DNA from: Spirochaetia bacterium
GTDB lineage: Bacteria > Spirochaetota > Spirochaetia > UBA9216
Direction of reading: 5' to 3'
Length of the DNA: 64,000 nt
Assembly (NCBI GenBank): GCA_963677925.2
Contig: CAXXYH010000003.1
Coordinates: 224,001 to 288,000 of the forward strand
Shown here: in pieces, positions 58,591-64,000 of the stretch
Layout of the letters: each line of letters starts with the position of its first letter
Position numbering within the stretch: the first letter of the stretch is position 1
Position numbers and translations under genes: made by a program
The notes under the pieces: generated by a model
Databases searched by the model: none
Told to the model about the DNA's origin: nothing
Seen by the model: the letters and a program-made list of their open reading frames with translations, nothing else

Positions 58591-60564
58591 TTATTTTAAC
58601 AGAGAGTATGCCCTTAATAATTCCCCGGTACTCCAGGCCTGTGCAAAGCATCCCTTTCCGTTTTCCGGCAGTAAACCGTCAAAGATTTCGGAAACATGAC
58701 CCACACCCTGCCTGTATAAATGCTTATCCAGAAGATTATCCAGATAATCACCCCAGAATTTTAATTCTTTTTTCTTATCTTCGCAATATAGAAGACTTGA
58801 TTCAACCATAATACCAATAAGCCAGGGCCATACAGTTCCCTGATGATACTTTGCATCCCTTTCATCAGAACTGCCTGAATATTCTCCCCTGAAGTCAGGA
58901 TGATCCGGAGATAAAGTTCTTAATCCCATTGGTGTAAGAAGTTTCTCTTTTACTTTTTTTATTGATGAAACCCTTATATCCCTATTTATCAGGCCCTCTG
59001 ATGCTGAGGTCGCAAACAGAAGATTCGGTCTAAGCTTGTGATCTGCAGCACCGTCAACACTGGTATCGCTTAGATAGCCGTCATTTTCGTTCCAGAATGC
59101 CTCTATAAAAGCTGCAGGGATTTTATTAATATATTCATCTGCATAGGCCGGAATATCTGATTTTATAATTCCGCAGAGCTTTTTAATAAGAATGAAGCTG
59201 TCATACCACATTGCATTCAACTCTACTGCATAGCCGTGTCTTGAGGTTACAGGCTTACCTTTGGATGTAGCATCCATCCAGGTGAGCTGAGTATTTTCGT
59301 TCCCGGTTGATATCAGGCCGCTGGAATCAAGCCTTGTTTCAGGTACCGCACCATTCAAAAATGCTTCCACTATGCTCGTGACTGCCTGAAACAGAACAGA
59401 ACGTATAAAAACCGCTTCACCTGGCTTATTACCGTATCCGAATTCTATAAGTTTCATAACCGCCCTGCAGTAAAGCAGACCTGCATCAATTGAATTGTAG
59501 GATGTGAAGCCCTGTGATTCACCGATGGTATTCGGAAGCATACCGTTTTTTATCATGCCTGCATAATCTTTCAGAACATCAAGACCCCAGGCAGTATTGC
59601 CATTACACCAGGTCAGCCCCGGAAGCGCAATCATTGTGTCCCGGCCCCATTCACCGAACCATGGATATCCGGCATTAACCGATTTTAGACCTGAGAAACT
59701 GCTTACAAGAAAATCCCCTGCACCCAATGAAAGAAGATCCTTATTTGTTTTAATGTTTTTTGCATACCCTATCTTTTTGGCAAGAATTTCACTGTATCCA
59801 GCAATCATATCTCCTCTATAGCTCTTATCTTCACCTGCTGAAACTTTTAAAACAAAAGGCTGTCCCTGTTTAAGGGTGATTTTTTCATGCCCGGGAACAA
59901 AGCGATCTTCCTCAAAATCCAAACCTCTATCCCGTTCAATTTCATATATAACATTATGATCCCAGTAAAAATCACCGAAATGAGCCCATTCTCCACTGAA
60001 TGAAACATTAACAGAAGGCAGTATTGAATAGGGCTGAATACTGTATCCGGTTTCATTGAAGCTGATATTATTTTTTAGAGCTTTATTTTCTCTGGTTGTA
60101 GTATGACTGTCGCGGAAGGTAAAAAGCAGCCTCAATTCAGCAGGTAGAGTTTCTGCACCTTCAATCAGCGTATATACAATGTATACAGAAGCTTCTTCTT
60201 CACGCATCAGTATCTCTTTCTTTAAAAGGACATCTCCGAAACTGTAAATCCATGTCGGTACAGGAAGAGTACAGAAATCTTTGATATATCCATATCCTTC
60301 CGGATACATCACTCCAGGATATATATTATTTCCAAGTCTGATTTGACTGCCGTTATTAATATTTTCCTCTATCGATGATAGAAAATGAATCCGCCCCTCT
60401 CTTCCCGGAAGGGTTGTAACAAGCAGTCCGTGATATTTCCTTGTATGGCAGCCTATGGCAGTGGAAGACGAAAACCCGCCCTTTGAATTTGTAATAAGCC
60501 ATTCTGATGTAAGCCCTTCAAAGGTATCGGGAACTATACTTTTTATTCTGTCTAATGGAGTCAT
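58591..60564 (-). CDS. Amylo-alpha-1,6-glucosidase (GH133-like)
   Basis: EWLITN..TRKYHGLL, AGYPWFGEWGRDTMI, TWMDA, GLRTL, YHQGTVWPW, QAWS; ATG 60564 behind GGAGG. Confidence 0.92.
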   Translation of the reverse strand: MTPLDRIKSIVPDTFEGLTSEWLITNSKGGFSSSTAIGCHTRKYHGLLVTTLPGREGRIHFLSSIEENINNGSQIRLGNNIYPGVMYPEGYGYIKDFCTLPVPTWIYSFGDVLLKKEILMREEEASVYIVYTLIEGAETLPAELRLLFTFRDSHTTTRENKALKNNISFNETGYSIQPYSILPSVNVSFSGEWAHFGDFYWDHNVIYEIERDRGLDFEEDRFVPGHEKITLKQGQPFVLKVSAGEDKSYRGDMIAGYSEILAKKIGYAKNIKTNKDLLSLGAGDFLVSSFSGLKSVNAGYPWFGEWGRDTMIALPGLTWCNGNTAWGLDVLKDYAGMIKNGMLPNTIGESQGFTSYNSIDAGLLYCRAVMKLIEFGYGNKPGEAVFIRSVLFQAVTSIVEAFLNGAVPETRLDSSGLISTGNENTQLTWMDATSKGKPVTSRHGYAVELNAMWYDSFILIKKLCGIIKSDIPAYADEYINKIPAAFIEAFWNENDGYLSDTSVDGAADHKLRPNLLFATSASEGLINRDIRVSSIKKVKEKLLTPMGLRTLSPDHPDFRGEYSGSSDERDAKYHQGTVWPWLIGIMVESSLLYCEDKKKELKFWGDYLDNLLDKHLYRQGVGHVSEIFDGLLPENGKGCFAQAWSTGELLRAYSLLK

Positions 60565-60565
60565 C

Positions 60566-62566
60566 TTATCCTCCGGGACTTGTCCTTCTGAAGACAAGGA
60601 CTGTCCTTGTCGGCAGGTAGGGAGTAATCCAACCGGAATCGCTTTTGTAATCTGCAGCTTTCAGTACAAGATTACCGGGGATCCTTCCATTACCATCGTA
60701 CTTTTCCGAATCAGAATCAAGAAGAAGATGATAACTTCCCGCAGGAACATTTATTCTGTAATCACGGTATGACTTTGTTCCGCTCATATTCACTATAAAA
60801 TACAGCTCTCCCCGGCTATAGGCAAGGACTTGATCATCTTCATGAAGACAAAGAAGAGTTGAATAACTGTTATTAAGAACATTGCTGCACTGATGCAGCA
60901 TATCTCCGGTAAATTCAAGTATTCTGCCGTACCTGAGGTCCCTGTTGGTGCTGAGAGACCATTGACGCCGGGCATAGTGATAACTCCAGCCGTTTCCCTC
61001 CCTTGGAAAGTCAATCCATTCAGGATGGCCGAATTCATTCCCCATAAAACACATGTAGCCGTCTCCGCCCAGGGAAAATGTCAGCATATTTATTATCTTT
61101 ATCAGGGCAATTCCACGGCTGACTGTCAGCGAATCAGTACCTATCGACATATCTGTGTACATGGCCGAATCGAGCATACGGAATATAAGTGTTTTATCGC
61201 CGACCAGAGCCTGGTCATGACTTTCAGAGTAAGCTATATGCTTTTCTGTGAATCTTCTGTTGTTAAGGACTCCCCAGATTTCGCCGGGACTCCACTGTTC
61301 ATCACTCTTTTCCTTGAGTATCTTAATCCAGAAATCCGGTATACCCATTGCCAACCGGTAATCAAAGCCGCAGCCGCCGTCTTCAGGAGCCCTTGCCATT
61401 CCAGGCATACCGCTCATATCTTCAGCTATACTGATAAAATCAGGCTTAATGCTGTGTATCAGATGATTTGCGAGAGAAAGGTAGCATACTGCATCTTCAT
61501 CGGTATTAGCACCGAAATATTTGTCATAGTTATCAAATGAAGCCCCCAGACCGTGATCATGATAGAGCATACTCGTTACCCCGTCAAAACGATAGCCGTC
61601 AATATGGTATTCTTCTATCCAGTAGACACAGTTTGAAAGCAGAAAATTGATCACATTGGTGTTTGAATAGTCAAAGCATCTTGAATCCCATGCCGGATGA
61701 TATCCGCGCGGTCCTTCATGAAAATACAGATATGGGGTTCCATCAAAGTTGCTCAGGCCCTCAAGCTCATTTTTAACCGCATGGCTGTGAACAAGATCCA
61801 TAATTACAGCTACACCGTTACGGTGACATTCATCTACCAGAAACTTAAAGTCTTCAGGCGTCCCGTATTTGGAACTTAATGCAAAAAAATTAGCAACCTG
61901 ATAACCAAAGGACCCGTAATAAGGATGTTCCATAAGGGCCATAAACTGAACAGTATTGAAGCCCGCGGAAATTATTCGCGGCAGGACATTCTCACGGAAT
62001 TCATTGAATGTACCTATACCGTAATGTTCAGCCGCCATTCCGATGTGGGCTTCATAAATAACCGGAGCACGGGGCGGGGTAAAATCTTTTACAGTCCATT
62101 TATATTCCTGCGCAGGGTTCCACATTCGGGAACAGTAGATGTAGGTCTGACTGTCCTGCTCAACCCTTGTGGCATAGGCTGGAATGCGGTCTCCTTCACC
62201 GCCCTTCCACTTAAGATACAGCCTGTAATAATCTCCGTGTTCAAGAACACCTTCAGGCAGTATGATTTCCCAGTCTCCGTGCTCATTCAGCCGGCTGAAA
62301 CGGTAATCATCCGAACATCCCCAGGATGTGCGGTCCGAAAGCAGATACATTTCAGTTGCATTAGGAGCCCATTCACGAACAAGAGTGTTCACACCCTGTT
62401 TATGCACTCCGTAATATTCAAATGATCTGCCGAATCCTTCAACACCTTCAAGCAGATGATGCTTCCTGTATTTATAAAGGTCAATTCGTTTCTGAATATC
62501 TCCGGCATACGGAGCGAGATAGGGGTCTTCCTGTATCAGCGGATTAAGAGGCGTATTGTTTTTCAG
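60566..62566 (-). CDS. glgB: 1,4-alpha-glucan branching enzyme (eukaryote/Bacteroidetes-like GH13_8 type)
   Basis: YGSFGYQV, YRFDGVTSMLY, AEDMSGMP, ESHDQALVGDKT, NEFGHPEWIDFPR; frame stays open upstream of GTG 62407 to a CTG at 62566. Confidence 0.93.
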   Translation of the reverse strand: MKNNTPLNPLIQEDPYLAPYAGDIQKRIDLYKYRKHHLLEGVEGFGRSFEYYGVHKQGVNTLVREWAPNATEMYLLSDRTSWGCSDDYRFSRLNEHGDWEIILPEGVLEHGDYYRLYLKWKGGEGDRIPAYATRVEQDSQTYIYCSRMWNPAQEYKWTVKDFTPPRAPVIYEAHIGMAAEHYGIGTFNEFRENVLPRIISAGFNTVQFMALMEHPYYGSFGYQVANFFALSSKYGTPEDFKFLVDECHRNGVAVIMDLVHSHAVKNELEGLSNFDGTPYLYFHEGPRGYHPAWDSRCFDYSNTNVINFLLSNCVYWIEEYHIDGYRFDGVTSMLYHDHGLGASFDNYDKYFGANTDEDAVCYLSLANHLIHSIKPDFISIAEDMSGMPGMARAPEDGGCGFDYRLAMGIPDFWIKILKEKSDEQWSPGEIWGVLNNRRFTEKHIAYSESHDQALVGDKTLIFRMLDSAMYTDMSIGTDSLTVSRGIALIKIINMLTFSLGGDGYMCFMGNEFGHPEWIDFPREGNGWSYHYARRQWSLSTNRDLRYGRILEFTGDMLHQCSNVLNNSYSTLLCLHEDDQVLAYSRGELYFIVNMSGTKSYRDYRINVPAGSYHLLLDSDSEKYDGNGRIPGNLVLKAADYKSDSGWITPYLPTRTVLVFRRTSPGG

Positions 62567-63846
62567 ATTGCGGTTCCATCCTGAAGAATCGCATTCTTAT
62601 GAATAATCAGAACTCCGTCAACTATATGATAATTTCCGTAATCGCCGTCCTTCCGCTCAAAATTATCTATACCTATACGGCAGTGAGCACCTATTCTGGC
62701 GTTTTTATCAATAATTGCCCTTTTGATTATTGCACCGCGGCCTATACCGACATTGGGAATATTCTTTTTTCTGTTTTCCTCAACCTGTTCAGGCGTTTCA
62801 TAAAAATCGGCACCCATACAATATACACCGTCAAGGGTGGCTCCGTCTGAAATTATTGTTCTTGCTCCGACAATTGAGTATGAAATTGACGCATCAGTAA
62901 TTATGGACCCCTCAGCTGCAAGAGACTGCTTGAATGTACAGGAATTAATTTTTGAAGGAGGAAGATGCCTTCGGTAATTATAAACAGGGGTTTCTTCATC
63001 GTAAAGGTTGAAGTTAGGTTCTATTGAAGCGAGGTTTATATTAGCCTCATAGAAGTTTTTAATAGTTCCTATATCCTCCCAATAGCCGTTGTATACATAA
63101 GATTTAACATTAAGGCTTTTTATTGCCTCAGGAATAATCTCCTTACCGAAGTCGGTAAAATCAGATTCCAGACACCTGTGCATAACATCAGCGTTAAAAA
63201 GATAGATACCCATAGATGCAAGATAATCCTTACCGGATTCCGGTCTTATTGAGTTACGTTCGGCAACCTCCTGGGGGATTTTATAATCATTAATATCCAG
63301 ACTGGGCCCGGGTTTTTCAAGAAACATATTGATTGTATTTTTTTTATCCGTCTGAAGGATTCCAAGTTCATTTGCATCTGTTCTTGTAACAGGGGTGGAT
63401 GCTATTGAAATCTCTGCACCCCGTTCCTTATGCTTATTCAGAAAATCTTTTAAATCCATCTTATACAGCTGATCTCCGGATAAAATCATATAATGAGTAG
63501 GCTGGTTGTCCGAAAACCGCTGAAGGTTTTTTCTGACCGCATCTGCAGTGCCCTCATACCATCCGCTGCTTGAATGAGTCTGCGAGGCTGCAAGAATTTC
63601 AACAAAGCCCTTTGAGAAAACATCAAACTGATATGCTCTGTTTACATGAAGGTTAAGCGACGCTGACTCAAACTGGGTAAGAATATATATCTGTCTAAAC
63701 CCGGAATTAATACTGTTTGATATGGCTATATCAATAAGTCTGTATTTTCCGCCGAAAGAAACCGCAGGTTTTGCACGTTCCTTTGTAAGAGGATAAAGCC
63801 TGGTACCCTTTCCGCCGCCCAAAATAATGATAATCACTCTGTCCAT
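62563..63846 (-). CDS. glgC: Glucose-1-phosphate adenylyltransferase
   Basis: GGGKGTRLYPLT..AKPAV..YRLID, GTADAVR, LSGDQLY, EKP, DFGKEIIP, YWEDIGT; ATG 63846 behind AAGGAG. Confidence 0.96.
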   Translation of the reverse strand: MDRVIIIILGGGKGTRLYPLTKERAKPAVSFGGKYRLIDIAISNSINSGFRQIYILTQFESASLNLHVNRAYQFDVFSKGFVEILAASQTHSSSGWYEGTADAVRKNLQRFSDNQPTHYMILSGDQLYKMDLKDFLNKHKERGAEISIASTPVTRTDANELGILQTDKKNTINMFLEKPGPSLDINDYKIPQEVAERNSIRPESGKDYLASMGIYLFNADVMHRCLESDFTDFGKEIIPEAIKSLNVKSYVYNGYWEDIGTIKNFYEANINLASIEPNFNLYDEETPVYNYRRHLPPSKINSCTFKQSLAAEGSIITDASISYSIVGARTIISDGATLDGVYCMGADFYETPEQVEENRKKNIPNVGIGRGAIIKRAIIDKNARIGAHCRIGIDNFERKDGDYGNYHIVDGVLIIHKNAILQDGTAI

Positions 63847-64000
63847 ATTCCTCTCCTTATATATGGTTATTATATAATGATGTTCCTGATTTTCGCAAAC
63901 CAACATTTGGTTAATAATTAAGATTATTTCCCTCTCTATTAAAATCTGCTGTATTTAGGTATACTCCTGTTTATGAAATTGAATTTTGTTGATTTAGGCA

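Noticed and set aside
60893-62425. Long antisense ORFs (215 and 166 aa) opposite glgB
   Set aside because: Fully antisense to a conserved gene, no motifs; the other short nested ORFs in the track were rejected for the same reason
62408-62562. Frameshifted or truncated glgB, or an intergenic RNA
   Set aside because: The stretch is in frame with glgB and codes a plausible conserved N-terminus

Overview
Chromosomal window, most likely from a free-living spirochaete (inferred from the mfd / exported protein / receiver-PilZ neighbourhood, an ASGxxE-type signal peptide and an ODP-chemoreceptor pair). Left to right: partial pdhA, citrate synthase, trmB and mfd; a PilZ, radical SAM, nucleotidyltransferase, phosphoesterase run; a complete group II Mo-nitrogenase cluster (nifH-I1-I2-D-K-E-N-B-fdx, nifV-nifA, divergent modABC) with three clear sigma54 promoters; an AT-rich accessory block (c-di-GMP enzymes, ABC exporter plus ArsR-type regulator); tRNA-Asn; perR-rubrerythrin; corA-DUF432-mscS; gcvTH-PA-PB; ODP-MCP; a Pta-like/butyrate kinase fusion; and a glycogen operon. 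Most notable: (i) the glycogen operon appears to encode the two halves of the eukaryotic-type indirect debranching enzyme as separate genes, next to a eukaryote-like branching enzyme that seems to start at CTG; (ii) a butyrate kinase fused to a Pta-like domain with altered catalytic residues; (iii) a non-canonical TACA-N4-TGTA candidate NifA enhancer and a Cys-motif NifA; (iv) repeated leaderless-gene promoter geometry. All calls come from motif recognition by eye; no searches were run. No CRISPR, integrase or transposase was seen.
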